From NCBI GenBank assembly GCA_963839635.1, contig CAWIVT010000006.1:470936-534935 (forward strand): DNA of 64,000 bases, written 5' to 3'. The notes under the pieces are model-generated. The model saw only the letters and a program-made list of their open reading frames with translations, was not told the DNA's origin and ran no database searches. Position numbers and translations under genes: made by a program. The DNA is from an uncultured Chloroflexia bacterium (GTDB taxonomy: Bacteria; Chloroflexota; Limnocylindria; QHBO01). The first letter of the stretch is position 1. Each line of letters begins with the position of its first letter. Shown piece after piece: positions 28,802 to 39,873 of this stretch.

Positions 28802-29238
28802 AGAGCGAGCTCCACCTCGTGATGCAGGCTCCGATCGAGCGGATCTTCCCGCTCGCCGCGGAGGTCGAGCGCTGGCCGGAGATCCTCCCCCACTACCGAT
28901 ATGTGCGTCGCCTCCCCGGGGACGAACGACGTTTCGCGATGGGCGCGCGCCGCGGGCCGATCCCCGTCAGCTGGGAGGCGATCCAGCGGCCGCGATTCGA
29001 GGAGCGGCGCATCGAGTTCCTGCACACCGGCGGGGTGACCAGGGGCATGGAGGTCGCGTGGCGTTTCGAGCCCGCGCCCGGCGGCACCGACGTCAGCATC
29101 GAGCACCATCTCGAGCTTGCGTGGCCGCTCATCGGCGGCTTCGCGGCCCGCCACGTCATCGGCCCGCAGTTCATCGAGGCCATCGCGGGTCGCACGCTGC
29201 GCCGGATCCGCGACCTGGCGGAAGGCACCGACCGATGA
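28798..29238 (+). CDS. SRPBCC-superfamily protein (polyketide cyclase/dehydrase-like, START fold)
   Basis: Intact 146-aa ORF. GTG at 28798 overlaps the upstream TGA. Its size and strings (VMQAPIERIFPLAAEVERWPEILPHY...VSWEAIQ) are typical of PF03364/PF10604-type proteins. Confidence 0.7.
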   Translation: MKSELHLVMQAPIERIFPLAAEVERWPEILPHYRYVRRLPGDERRFAMGARRGPIPVSWEAIQRPRFEERRIEFLHTGGVTRGMEVAWRFEPAPGGTDVSIEHHLELAWPLIGGFAARHVIGPQFIEAIAGRTLRRIRDLAEGTDR

Positions 29239-30476
29239 CCGGCCGCCGCGTGGTGATCACCGGAATCGGCGCGATCACGCCGGTCGGCCACGGCGCCGAC
29301 GGACTCTGGGACGGCGTCATGGCCAATCGCTCGGCGGTGCGCGCCATCGACCGATTCGATGCGACGCCCTTCCCGTCGCGCATCGCGGCGCAGGTCGACG
29401 ACTTCGATCCAGCCGACCACCTCGACGCGCGGCGAGCGCGGCGGCTTGACCGCTTCAGCGCCATGTCCGTTGCCGCCTCGCGCATGGCGTTCGAGGACGC
29501 CGGATTGGCCGGTACGACCGACGCCACCCGAACCGGAGTCTGGATCGGTTCGGCCCTCGGTGGCGTCGCGTTCGGCGAGGAACAGCACGCGGGCTTCGTC
29601 GCGCGAGGCGTGCGCGGCGTGGCGCCGACCCTGGCTCTAGCCGTGTTCGGTGGTGCCGGCGCCAGCAACGTGGCGCTCGACCTGGGGCTCACCGGGCCGA
29701 GCGTGGGCAACGCGAACTCGTGCGCATCGGGCGCCGTTGCCATCGGCCAGGCCGCCGGCGCCATCCGGGACGGAACGGTCGTCGCGGCACTCGCTGGAGG
29801 CGCCGAGGCGCCCCTGGCGCCGCTGACCTTCGGCGCCTTCGCGCTCATCCGCGTGCTGTCGCAGCGCAACGACGATCCGTCGACGGCCTCGAGACCGTTC
29901 GACCGCGACCGCGACGGCTTCGTGATGGGCGAGGGAGCCGCAATCCTGGCACTCGAGGAGCGGGGTGCGGCACTTCGTCGCGGGGCGAGGATCATCGCCG
30001 AGATCGTCGGGTTCGGAGCCACCAACGACGCCTACCACATGACCGCCCCCCGGCCGGATGGACGCGATGCCGGACGGGCCATCGCCCAGGCGCTGGCGGA
30101 CGCTCGCATCGCTCCGGAGCGCATCGGCTACGTGAATGCTCACGCGTCGAGCACGCCACTGAACGAGCCAGCCGAGGCGCTCGCCATCCGCGCCGCGTTC
30201 GGGGCCCTTGCCGACCGCATCCCGGTGTCGGGCACCAAGGGGCTGTACGGGCACGCGCTCGGTGCGTCCGGCGCCATCGAGGCGGCGATCACGGCGATGG
30301 CCGTCCATCGCGGCGTGCTGCCCGGGACGTGCAACCTCGCCGACCTCGATCCGGCCATCAACCTCGAGGTCCTGCGCACCGCCATTGAGACAACGGTCGA
30401 TGCGGCGGTCTCGACCTCGTTCGGCTTCGGGGGGATGAACGCGGCGCTGGTGTTCGCGCGCCACGCTGAGCCCTAG
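29235..30476 (+). CDS. Beta-ketoacyl-[ACP] synthase family protein (KAS I/II-like, Cys-His-His)
   Basis: ATG at 29235 overlaps the SRPBCC TGA (ATGA). Motifs: RRVVITGIGAITPVG, active-site NSCASGAVAIG, NAHASSTPLNE, GLYGHALGASGAIE, SFGFGGMNAALVF. Confidence 0.88.
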   Translation: MTGRRVVITGIGAITPVGHGADGLWDGVMANRSAVRAIDRFDATPFPSRIAAQVDDFDPADHLDARRARRLDRFSAMSVAASRMAFEDAGLAGTTDATRTGVWIGSALGGVAFGEEQHAGFVARGVRGVAPTLALAVFGGAGASNVALDLGLTGPSVGNANSCASGAVAIGQAAGAIRDGTVVAALAGGAEAPLAPLTFGAFALIRVLSQRNDDPSTASRPFDRDRDGFVMGEGAAILALEERGAALRRGARIIAEIVGFGATNDAYHMTAPRPDGRDAGRAIAQALADARIAPERIGYVNAHASSTPLNEPAEALAIRAAFGALADRIPVSGTKGLYGHALGASGAIEAAITAMAVHRGVLPGTCNLADLDPAINLEVLRTAIETTVDAAVSTSFGFGGMNAALVFARHAEP

Positions 30477-30904
30477 GCGACGGGAAGCCCCTCGAGCTCC
30501 GGGCGCCGCGCGCCACCGAACGCCCAGCTGAGCGCATCCTCGAATGGCGACGAGCCGGCCGCCTTGTCGACGACGATCGTGCGCTCGTCGCCCTGGATCA
30601 TCGAGGGCAGCGCCTCAGTGCGGCTCCCGGTCCAGTAGATGATCGGCAGTCGCGGATAGCGATGGCGGGTGGCCATGAAGAGCGCGGCGCTGAGCTCGTT
30701 CTCGAGACGCCAGTCAAGGACGAGGACGTCGGGCTCGGGGCTCGAACGCATTCCGGCCAGGAATGCGTTCGCCTGTCGAAACACCGTCGGAACCGCTCCG
30801 TTCGCTTCGCACAGCTCGGCGGCCAGCGCCGCGGCGGAGGGCTCGTCCTCGACGATCCACGCGCGTCTCTGCAGGCCCTCCCCGACCGCCAGTCGCTGCT
30901 CCAC
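30473..30904 (-). CDS. Stand-alone response-regulator receiver domain protein
   Basis: Intact 143-aa ORF. It has the acidic pocket IVEDEPS, phospho-acceptor context DVLVLDWRL and conserved K (VVDKAAG), with no output domain. It is convergent with the KAS gene and overlaps it by 4 nt. Confidence 0.7.
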   Translation of the reverse strand: MEQRLAVGEGLQRRAWIVEDEPSAAALAAELCEANGAVPTVFRQANAFLAGMRSSPEPDVLVLDWRLENELSAALFMATRHRYPRLPIIYWTGSRTEALPSMIQGDERTIVVDKAAGSSPFEDALSWAFGGARRPELEGLPVA

Positions 30905-30956
30905 GATCTTCGCCCCTCATGCATAGCGCGTGCCGAGGCACCCTGCCCGATCTACC

Positions 30957-32213
30957 ATGACACCGATGACCCCCATCCACAGGCGGCCAACGCGCACCGT
31001 GCTCGTCGACGACGTCCCGATCGGCTCGTCGCACCCGGTCGTCGTGCAGTCGATGACCAACACCGACACGGCCGATGCGGACGCCACGGCCCTCCAGGTT
31101 GCGCAGCTCGCGCACGCCGGGTCCGAGCTGGTTCGCATCACCGTCAACAACGACGAGGCTGCCGAAGCGGTCCCGATCATCCGCGACAAGCTCGACCGCC
31201 TCGGGGTCGACGTGCCGCTGATCGGCGACTTCCACTACAACGGGCACCTGCTGCTCACGAAGTATCCCGCCGCGGCCGCCGCGCTCGCCAAGTACCGCAT
31301 CAACCCGGGCAACGTGGGCACGAAGCGTCGCGACGAGCAGTTCGCCCAGATCATCGAGGTCGCGATCAGGAACGAGAAGCCGGTCCGCATCGGCGTCAAC
31401 TGGGGATCGCTCGATCAGCAGCTCCTGACCGAGATGATGGATGCGAACGCGCTCCTGCCCGAGCCGTCCGACAGCCGCGAGGTGATGATCGAGGCCATGA
31501 TCGAGTCGGCACTGCGCTCGGCGCGCCTGGCCGAGGAGACCGGACTGCCGCCGGACCGCATCATCATCAGCGCCAAGGTCTCCGGCGTGCAGGACCTGGT
31601 CGAGGTCTACGCGCGCCTTGCCGAGCGCTGCGACTATCCGCTCCACCTCGGGCTGACCGAGGCCGGGATGGGCGCCAAGGGCATCATCACCTCGACCGCC
31701 GGCCTGGCGATCCTGCTGCAGCGCGGCATCGGCGACACCATCCGCGTGAGCCTGACCCCGGATCCCGGAGGCGACCGCACCGAGGAGGTGCGGGTCGCGC
31801 AACAGGTCCTGCAGTCGATGGGGATGCGCTCGTTCCTGCCCCAGGTCAGCGCATGTCCGGGCTGCGGCCGGACGACGTCCACCTTCTTCCAGGAGATGGC
31901 ACGCGATATCCAGGCCTATCTCGTCGAGCGGATGCCCGGCTGGCGTGAGACGCACCCCGGCGTCGAAGAGCTGCGAGTGGCCGTCATGGGCTGCGTCGTC
32001 AACGGTCCGGGTGAGTCGAAGCACGCCGACATCGGCATCAGCCTGCCCGGCACGTTCGAGGAGCCCGTGGCACCGGTCTTCGTCGACGGCGCGAAGACCG
32101 AGACCCTGCGCGGCGACGACATCGTGCCGCGCTTCCTCGCCATCCTCGAGGACTACGTCGAGCGCCGATATCCGGCGCCCGGGGAAGTGGCGGCGGCGGC
32201 GCGCGCGGACTGA
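30957..32213 (+). CDS. ispG: 4-hydroxy-3-methylbut-2-en-1-yl diphosphate synthase (flavodoxin)
   Basis: ORF 30930..32213. Motifs: [58 protein letters not shown]. The start is taken at ATG 30957. Confidence 0.93.
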   Translation: MTPMTPIHRRPTRTVLVDDVPIGSSHPVVVQSMTNTDTADADATALQVAQLAHAGSELVRITVNNDEAAEAVPIIRDKLDRLGVDVPLIGDFHYNGHLLLTKYPAAAAALAKYRINPGNVGTKRRDEQFAQIIEVAIRNEKPVRIGVNWGSLDQQLLTEMMDANALLPEPSDSREVMIEAMIESALRSARLAEETGLPPDRIIISAKVSGVQDLVEVYARLAERCDYPLHLGLTEAGMGAKGIITSTAGLAILLQRGIGDTIRVSLTPDPGGDRTEEVRVAQQVLQSMGMRSFLPQVSACPGCGRTTSTFFQEMARDIQAYLVERMPGWRETHPGVEELRVAVMGCVVNGPGESKHADIGISLPGTFEEPVAPVFVDGAKTETLRGDDIVPRFLAILEDYVERRYPAPGEVAAAARAD

Positions 32214-32214
32214 T

Positions 32215-32232
32215 CGCGGGCGCGGCCCCGCG
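32215..32232. terminator. Short GC hairpin exactly between two convergent stop codons (6-bp stem, 6-nt loop)
   Basis: cgcggg (32215-32220) pairs with cccgcg (32227-32232). It is flanked by the ispG stop (32211-32213) and the stop of the minus-strand small ORF (32233-32235). Confidence 0.3.
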
Positions 32233-32415
32233 TCAGGTGGCCGCGGCGAGGAACGTCCAGGCGGCGATGACGAGGGCGAGGATCACGAACGTGACGAGGG
32301 CCAGCGGCAGGAAGGCCACGCTGAGCGGCTGCCGGCGCTCGAGCGGCGCCCGCCCGGCCTCGGCCGTGTCGTCCGGTCGCGTGGCGGGTAGGTTGCTCTC
32401 CATCGTGCTCCTCAC
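32233..32415 (-). CDS. Small membrane protein (60 aa) at the distal end of the oxidase operon
   Basis: Intact ORF with one clear TM helix (LSVAFLPLALVTFVILALVIAAWTFLAAA). Its GTG start overlaps the TlpA-like stop (GTGA). No family recognised. Confidence 0.45.
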   Translation of the reverse strand: MRSTMESNLPATRPDDTAEAGRAPLERRQPLSVAFLPLALVTFVILALVIAAWTFLAAAT

Positions 32416-33023
32416 TCTTCCATGATGACGGCCACCTTCTCGTCGAGCGTATGCGACGAGAACTGGCCGAGGACGCGCGCGGCGATCCGGCCGTCACGCC
32501 CGATGAAGAAGGTCTCCGGCGGCGCGAGAATGCCATACGCATCGGCCACGCGGCCCTCCGGATCGGCGGCGGCCGCCCACGTCGCACCGAAGCGGGCCAT
32601 GAAATCGCGCGCCGCCTGGGCGCGGTCCTGGTAGACGATCCCGAGCACCACAAGCCCATCGTCCGCGTGCCGGCTCGCAGCGTCCCGGAGCAGCGGGAAC
32701 TCCTCGATGCAGGGAACGCACCAGCTTGCCCAGAAGTTGACGATCACCGGGCGACCGCGCAGATCGGCCAGCTGGATCACGTTGCCGTCGAGATCGGTCA
32801 GGGTGAAGTCGGGCGCCACGTTGCCGATGGCCGTCGGCGAGGTTCCAGAACCCCGGACGAGGAGTGCCGCGACCAGCAACCCGATGAGAATGAGCGGCAG
32901 CACGGCGGCCACCACCAGGTGACGGAGGCGCAGCCGCCGCAGGTCGAGACGACGCGGAGCGGCGATGCCGGCGGTCACGTGCGGCTCAGTGGGCGGGCTC
33001 GTCGTGGGATCCGTGCTCCGCAT
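32412..33023 (-). CDS. TlpA/ResA-family thiol:disulfide oxidoreductase (membrane-anchored thioredoxin fold)
   Basis: ORF 32412..33047. It has a TM anchor (HLVVAAVLPLILIGLLVAALLV) and the motif VIVNFWASWCVPCIEEFP (CxxC). The start is ambiguous (33047, 33023 or GTG 32978). Confidence 0.85.
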   Translation of the reverse strand: MRSTDPTTSPPTEPHVTAGIAAPRRLDLRRLRLRHLVVAAVLPLILIGLLVAALLVRGSGTSPTAIGNVAPDFTLTDLDGNVIQLADLRGRPVIVNFWASWCVPCIEEFPLLRDAASRHADDGLVVLGIVYQDRAQAARDFMARFGATWAAAADPEGRVADAYGILAPPETFFIGRDGRIAARVLGQFSSHTLDEKVAVIMEE

Positions 33024-33330
33024 CGCGCCATTCGCGGTTGGCGGCACGCACCCAGGCGACGGCCGTGATGGCGAAGAGGAGGAGGCCGGGAATCGCGAGC
33101 CACGGGTTGGCCAGCTGGTCCTCGGCCCGGAACGCGAGCCCGGCGCCGAGCAGCGCGATGGCGGCCGACATCACCGCGGGCAGGTAGCTGGGCGGTGGCA
33201 GGTGCACGCCGCGCGGCGGCGTCGGCCGCCCTGCCCCGGACCCACCGCGCGAGGCGATCGCGAAGACGACGCCGAGCACCACCAGGATGACGATCCCGAG
33301 GAGTGCGAACCCGATTGCGGTGTCGGTCAT
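32986..33330 (-). CDS. Cytochrome c oxidase subunit IV-like small membrane protein (assignment mainly positional)
   Basis: Intact 114-aa ORF immediately downstream of ctaE. It has three hydrophobic helices (FALLGIVILVVLGVVFAIA, LPAVMSAAIALLGAGLAF, LAIPGLLLFAITAVAWV). Confidence 0.5.
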   Translation of the reverse strand: MTDTAIGFALLGIVILVVLGVVFAIASRGGSGAGRPTPPRGVHLPPPSYLPAVMSAAIALLGAGLAFRAEDQLANPWLAIPGLLLFAITAVAWVRAANREWRDAEHGSHDEPAH

Positions 33331-33343
33331 CTGCCTGAGGCCC

Positions 33344-33970
33344 CTAGCGCAGGAAGTAGATGGTGCTGAAGACGGCGATCCAGACCACGTCCACGAAGTG
33401 CCAGTACATGCTGACCGCCTCGACCGCCACGTGATTCCGTCGGCTGAACTGGCCGCGCATCGCCCGCGCCAGGATGATGGTCAACCCGACCGCGCCACCG
33501 AAGACGTGCGCGCCGTGGAAGCCGGTCAGCGTGTAGAACGTCGTGCCGAACACGCCGTCGGCGATGCCGAAATCGAGCTGGCTGTAGTCGTACAGCTGGC
33601 CCATCAGGAACAGCACGCCGAGCACCAGGGTGATCCCCGTCCACATCCGCAGCTTCCCCACGTCGCCGCGGCGAATGGCCCACACGCCGAACTGCATCGT
33701 GAAGCTCGAGGCAAGCAGGATGGCCGTCAGCACGCCGGCGAGCGCGATGTCGAGCTCGTGCGCGCCCTCCGGCGGACCCCATGCCCCGGCGGGCACCGAT
33801 GCCCTCGCATTGAAGTAGGTCGCGAACAGGCCACCGAAGAACATCACCTCGCTGGCGATGAAGAGGAGCATGCCGAGCAGCGCCGTCGGCATGCCGGTCT
33901 GCCCGTGGTGGATCGCCTCGTGGGCCTCGTGCTCCCCGGCCGGATGAGCCTCGACCGTCTGGGCGGTCAT
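33344..33970 (-). CDS. ctaE: Cytochrome c oxidase subunit III
   Basis: Intact 208-aa ORF. Motifs: [48 protein letters not shown]. Confidence 0.92.
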   Translation of the reverse strand: MTAQTVEAHPAGEHEAHEAIHHGQTGMPTALLGMLLFIASEVMFFGGLFATYFNARASVPAGAWGPPEGAHELDIALAGVLTAILLASSFTMQFGVWAIRRGDVGKLRMWTGITLVLGVLFLMGQLYDYSQLDFGIADGVFGTTFYTLTGFHGAHVFGGAVGLTIILARAMRGQFSRRNHVAVEAVSMYWHFVDVVWIAVFSTIYFLR

Positions 33971-35650
33971 ACGACGCCCTCCCGGCGCTCGACGTCATCC
34001 TCGGCGCTCTCCTCGAGGTCCGATGGACGCTCGGCACTGTGGCCGTGGCCATGCGTCAGGAAGAAGAGCGGCCGCTCGGAGTGGATGGGCGGCAGGGTGT
34101 CGAAGTTGTAGGGCGGTGGCGGCGAGGTGGTCGCCCACTCGAGCGTGTTGCCCTCCCACGGATCGTCGCCGGCCGGCTCGCCATTGATGAACGTGGCGAT
34201 CACGTTGATCAGGAACGGGATGACGCTGAGCGCGATCAGGAAGGCGCCGACGGTCGAGGCGAAGTTCAGGATCATCCAGCCGGTGTCGGCGCTGTAGTCG
34301 CTGACGCGGCGCGGCATGCCGGACAGGCCCAGCTGGTGCATCGGGAAGAAGGCCAGGTTGAAGCCGATGAAGTGCATCCAGAAGTGGACCTTGCCGAGCC
34401 GGTCGTTCAGCTTCCGCCCGAACATCTTGGGGAACCAGTAGTACGTCGCCGCGAAGACGCCGAAGACCGACCCGCCGAAGAAGACGTAGTGCAGGTGGGC
34501 CACCACGAAGTAGGTGTCCTGCAGGTGGAAGTCGATCGGCGGCGAGGCCAGCATCACACCGCTGATGCCGCCGATGAGGAACATCGACAGGAACCCGAGG
34601 GCGAACAGCATCGGCGTGTTCAGCAGCAGCTTGCCCCGCCACAGGGTCGCCAGCCAGTTGAACATCTTGATCCCGGTCGGGATCGCGATGAGCGCGGTCA
34701 TGAAGCTGAAGAACGGCAGGAACACCGCACCGGTGGTGAACATGTGGTGGGCCCAGACGCTGAAGCTGAGCAGGCCGATGGCGATCGTGGCGAACACGAA
34801 GGCCCGATACCCGAACAGCGGCTTGCGGCTGAAGACCGGCAGGATCTCGCTCACCACGCCCATGGCCGGCAGGATCACGATGTACACCTCGGGGTGGCCG
34901 AAGAACCAGAAGATGTGCTGCCACAGGACCGGGTTGCCGCCCACGCTCGGGTCGAAGAAGGACGCCACCGTAGTTTCGGTCGATGAAGAGCGCGATGAGC
35001 CCGGCGGCCAGGACCGGGGTGGCGAGCAGGATGAGCACCGCCGTCACCAGCACGGTCCACACGAAGATCGGCATCCGGAAGAGCGTCATCCCGGGCGCGC
35101 GCATCTTGAAGATGGTCGCGATGAAGTTCACCGCACCGAGGATCGACGCCGTGCCCACCAGGGTGAGCCCGATGATCCAGAGGTCCGTGCCGACGCGCGG
35201 TGAGTAGTTCGTCAGGGGCGCGTAGCCGGTCCATCCCTCGGCGGCAGCGCCGCCGAACAGGTAGCCGCTGAAGATGAGGCCGCCGCCGAGCGGCAGCAGC
35301 CAGAAGCTCAGCGCGTTGATGCGCGGGAAGGCCATGTCGGGCGCGCCGAGCTGGAGCGGCACGATGTAGTTCCCGAAGCCGCTGAGCGCCGGGATGATGA
35401 ACAGGAAGAGCATGATCGTCCCGTGCATCGTGAACGCCTGGTTGTAGGTGTCCTGGTCCACGAACTGAAGGCCCGGCACGGCCAGCTCGCTGCGAATGAC
35501 GAGCGCCAGGATTCCCGCCGCGAAGAAGAACAGGAAGCTGTTCGCGATGTACAGGATCCCGATCTTCTTGTGATCGACGGTCGTCAGCCAGTCGATGACC
35601 CACGAGCGGCGGTAGGCCCTGGCCTGCGGTTCGAGGGTGGTGGTTGCCAT
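33967..35650 (-). CDS. ctaD: Cytochrome c oxidase subunit I (one frame change near 34965)
   Basis: The N-terminal 228 aa are in ORF 33995..35650 ([40 protein letters not shown]). The remainder is in ORF 33967..34968 ([41 protein letters not shown]). The junction reads LFIDRNYGG / [11 protein letters not shown]. The stop overlaps the ctaE start (ATGA). Confidence 0.92.
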
Positions 35651-35677
35651 CGGTGGTTGCTCTCTCTCCCCGCTTCG

Positions 35678-36730
35678 CTACTCGGTGACCGTCACGTCGC
35701 CCACCATGTCGAGCGGGTGAGCGTCGCAGATGAACGTATAGTCGCCGGCAGGTAGGGCCGGCACCTCGTACGTGATGGTGCCAGGCTCGTTCACGAACGC
35801 GCCCTCGAACAGGTTCGTGCCGCCGTCGTAGATGCTCACGTTGTGCGGCACGGCCTCCTGGTTCTCGAACTCGATGCAGAAGGCGGTCTCGGCCGGGACC
35901 TCGAACTCGTCGATGTCGAACTGCGTGTTGTCCGCCTTGATCTCGACAGTGAGCTCGCACTCACCAGTCGCCGGCGGGGGCGTCTCGCCGGTGGCGATCC
36001 CGGCGATGGCCGCGTCGTAGTCCGCGCGGGGCAGGGCCTCCACGATGAAGGTCATCTCGGCGTGGCTCGTGCCACAGAATTCGGCGCACTGGCCGGCGTA
36101 CGTGCCGGCCTCGGTCACAGTGAACTCGAGCTCATTGTCCTGCGAGTCATCGGGATAGCGGATCAGGTCGCGCTTGATGAGGAACTCGGGGACGAAGAAG
36201 GCGTGGTTGACGTCCTCGGAGCTGAGGATCAGCCTCACCGGCTCGTCCACCGGGACGTACAGCGTCGGAGGTTCTGCGAGCGTGCCCGTTTGCGAAACCC
36301 CCTCCTCGTAGGTGAACCGCCACTGCCATTGGAACCCGTCGACCTGGATCGTGACACCCGGCTCCTCGCTGCGTGCCTCCACTTCGGCCAGCGTCACCAT
36401 GCTGAAGCCGAACAGGATGAACACGATGACGGTCGGGATGAGCGTCCAGATGATCTCGACCATCGTGTTCCCGTGGAGCTGCTCGGGGAGCGTCTCGTCT
36501 CCCGGCTTGCGGCGGTAGCGGACGACGGCGTACAGGATGAAGCCCTCAACGGCCACGAACACGATGCCGGCCAGCACCAGCACCACGATGTAGAGGTTGA
36601 AGACATCGCGGCCGGCATCTGTCTTCGGCTCGGGCGGAAGCAGGCAGCCGGCAAGCAGGAAGACGATGAGCATGGGGGCACCGACGCGGAGGACGCTCCG
36701 CAGCCGGGACCTTGCCGCCATTCGTTGCAT
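35678..36730 (-). CDS. ctaC: Cytochrome c oxidase subunit II (lipoprotein) with a fused C-terminal type-1 copper (cupredoxin) domain
   Basis: ORF 35678..36787, start taken at ATG 36730 (MQRMAARSRL...). The lipobox is FLLAGC, followed by two TM helices. The CuA site is VNHAFFVPEF...CAEFCGTSHAEM. An extra ~97 aa at the C-terminus carry PHNVSI...YTFICDAHPLDMVGDVTVTE. Confidence 0.88.
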   Translation of the reverse strand: MQRMAARSRLRSVLRVGAPMLIVFLLAGCLLPPEPKTDAGRDVFNLYIVVLVLAGIVFVAVEGFILYAVVRYRRKPGDETLPEQLHGNTMVEIIWTLIPTVIVFILFGFSMVTLAEVEARSEEPGVTIQVDGFQWQWRFTYEEGVSQTGTLAEPPTLYVPVDEPVRLILSSEDVNHAFFVPEFLIKRDLIRYPDDSQDNELEFTVTEAGTYAGQCAEFCGTSHAEMTFIVEALPRADYDAAIAGIATGETPPPATGECELTVEIKADNTQFDIDEFEVPAETAFCIEFENQEAVPHNVSIYDGGTNLFEGAFVNEPGTITYEVPALPAGDYTFICDAHPLDMVGDVTVTE

Positions 36731-36881
36731 CAAGATGATCTCGGTGCTCCTGGTTCGACCGACACCCCGTGGCTGGGTGGCGGGCACGCACGCTCAGCGG
36801 GCTGAGGCGGCACGTGGCGCATTGTAGCGAAGGCCGCCGACGCGGGCGACCCGTGTCGACGGCCCGTTCGGAAGGACCTGG

Positions 36882-37809
36882 CTATGCGCCGCCGGCAAGC
36901 TCCGGGCAGGCGGGGTCCTCGTGCGGCAGCACCGGGCGGGCAATCACGCTGAAGCGGCGGTCGCCGTCGTCGGTCCACAGCGTCATCTGGGTCGCCGCGC
37001 TCATCTCCTCGAACCAGGCTGGCGCCGAGCGTCGCCGTCGACCACGCCGCAACGGGTCCCGTCGCCGAAGAAGGTCTCCTCGTCGCCGAAGGCTGCGGGG
37101 TCGTCATCCGTCGGCCACTCGCGAACCTGCTCGGGCAGGCCGCCGCCGTCGACCGGGCTCATCGGTCACGTCGCGGACGTAGAGCCGCATCGCCTCGGGC
37201 TCGTACGGCTGCCACCCCTCGGTCTCCCACGCGGACGCCGGCAGCCACGTGTCGAGCGTCATGAGGCCGTCGTTGAGCTGGCCCAGGATGCGATGCGCCT
37301 GCGACCTCGCCCGAGGTCATGCCCGGCGGCGGCTCCATGTCGGGCGGCACCGCGCCCAGCCCGTAAATGCTGATGGTCACCTCGCGGCCGTGCGGCGTCG
37401 AGGATGAAGACCGTGTTCGCCGCGTCGGCGACCATGCTCTGCGCCCCGTTCAGCTCCACGTCCGCGGTGAAAGCCCCGTCTCCTCGACCCCGCGCAGCAC
37501 CTCCTGGATGCCCTCCTCCGTGAGCGTGCGCTCGATGAGCGCCGGCAACGCCGGGCCGGGAAACTCGAGGGTCTGGGCGCCCTGCATGATCACGCGGCCG
37601 TCGCCCAGCAGGACGAACGCGGGCAGGCGGGTTGCCATGAACTGGACGGGCACGAATCCCCCGGTGTTGTCGACGACGAGGATCGCGTCGCTCCCGGTCG
37701 GATGCTCGATGCCGTCGGCGTCGCCTGACCCGCCGACGCTCGGCCGGAGGCGAGTCCCGGGCGATCCGCCACCCGTTGCGGTGCACGCGGCGATGACGAG
37801 GTGGCGCAT
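36882..37809 (-). pseudogene. Hypothetical lipoprotein, at least 5 frame changes as sequenced
   Basis: ATG at 37809 gives MRHLVIAACTATGGG (lipobox). I followed the reading through ORF 37450..38562 (ILVVDNTGGFVPVQFMATRLPAFVLLGDGRVIMQGAQTLEFPGPALP), ORF 37259..37786 (FTADVELNGAQSMVADAANTVFILDAA), ORF 37159..37380 (VTISIYGLGAVPPDMEPPPG) and my own translation down to ...RPVLPHEDPACPELAGGA, with the stop at 36882-36884. Confidence 0.5.
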
Positions 37810-38889
37810 GAGCGAGATGAGCACGGGAGGGTTCGGGGCGTGGCGTTCAAGGACGCAGACTGGACGCCACGCGGCGCACGCGCAGTTCCGCGGATGCGAC
37901 AATGGATCCGATGCGCCGACTTCCCCCTCGTCCTCGCCCTGGCCTGGCTGCTGGCGACCCCCGCGTCGGGCTGGCACACGGCGCCGACGGCTCCAGCGCC
38001 GACGCTGCCCGGGGTGCTCCTCGCGTGGCGCTTCGACCCGCTCGTGGTCATCGGCCTCGTGGTGGCCGCCGCGGCTACCTGTGGGCGGTCCGGCGCGTGA
38101 ATCGTCGACACCCGGGCAACCCGCAGCCGGCGTATCGGTCCGGCTGTTCTGCGGCGGGCTCGGCGCGATCGCCTTGGCGCTGCCTCGCCGATCGAGGCGT
38201 ACGAGGGCGCGCTGTTCAGCGTGCACATGGTCCAGCACATGCTCCTCGAGCTGGTCGCCGCGCCACTGCTGCTGGCCGGCGCGCCGATCACGCTGGCGCT
38301 GCGCGTGGCCACGCCATCGGTGCGGCGCCGGCTGCTCTGGGTGCTCCACAGCCGCCGATGCGTGCGTCCGTCTCGTTCCCGGTGCGTGGCGTGGGTGCTG
38401 TTCGCGGCGGTGAACTGGGGCTGGCACTTCAGCGCGCTCTACGACCAGGCGCTCGAGAACCAGGCGCTCCACTACTTCCAGCACGCGACCTTCCTCGGCG
38501 CGGCGCTCCTGTTCTGGTGGCCGGTGATCGGCGCCGACCCGTCGCCGTGGCGCCTGCCCCACCCGGTCCGCCTCTTCTACCTGTTCCTGGCGCTGCCCCA
38601 GAACTCGTTCCTCGGCGTGGCGCTGTCAACGCCGGCACGGTGCTCTATCCGCACTACGTCACGAACGTGCGCGCGTGGGGCCTCAACGCCGCTCGACGAC
38701 CAGGAGCTGGGCGGCGTGATCATGTGGGTCTTCGGCGACATCGCCTTCCTGCTCGGCATGGCGATCGTGGTCGCCATGTGGGTGCGCCACGAGGAGCGAC
38801 GCACCGCCCGCCTCGACGCGCGGCTGGCCGCCGAGCGCGCCGCGCGCGGCGACGAGGCGTGGACGGCGAGTCCCGGCCGGGCTCCGGGC

Positions 38890-39873
<984 letters not shown>

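Noticed and set aside
34955-34975. ctaD frame break as programmed ribosomal frameshifting
   Set aside because: There is no slippery heptamer or downstream structure at the junction (…aactacggtggcgtccttcttcgac…). One extra or missing base restores the universally conserved NxG..FFDP reading. The window contains dozens of similar breaks in unrelated genes.
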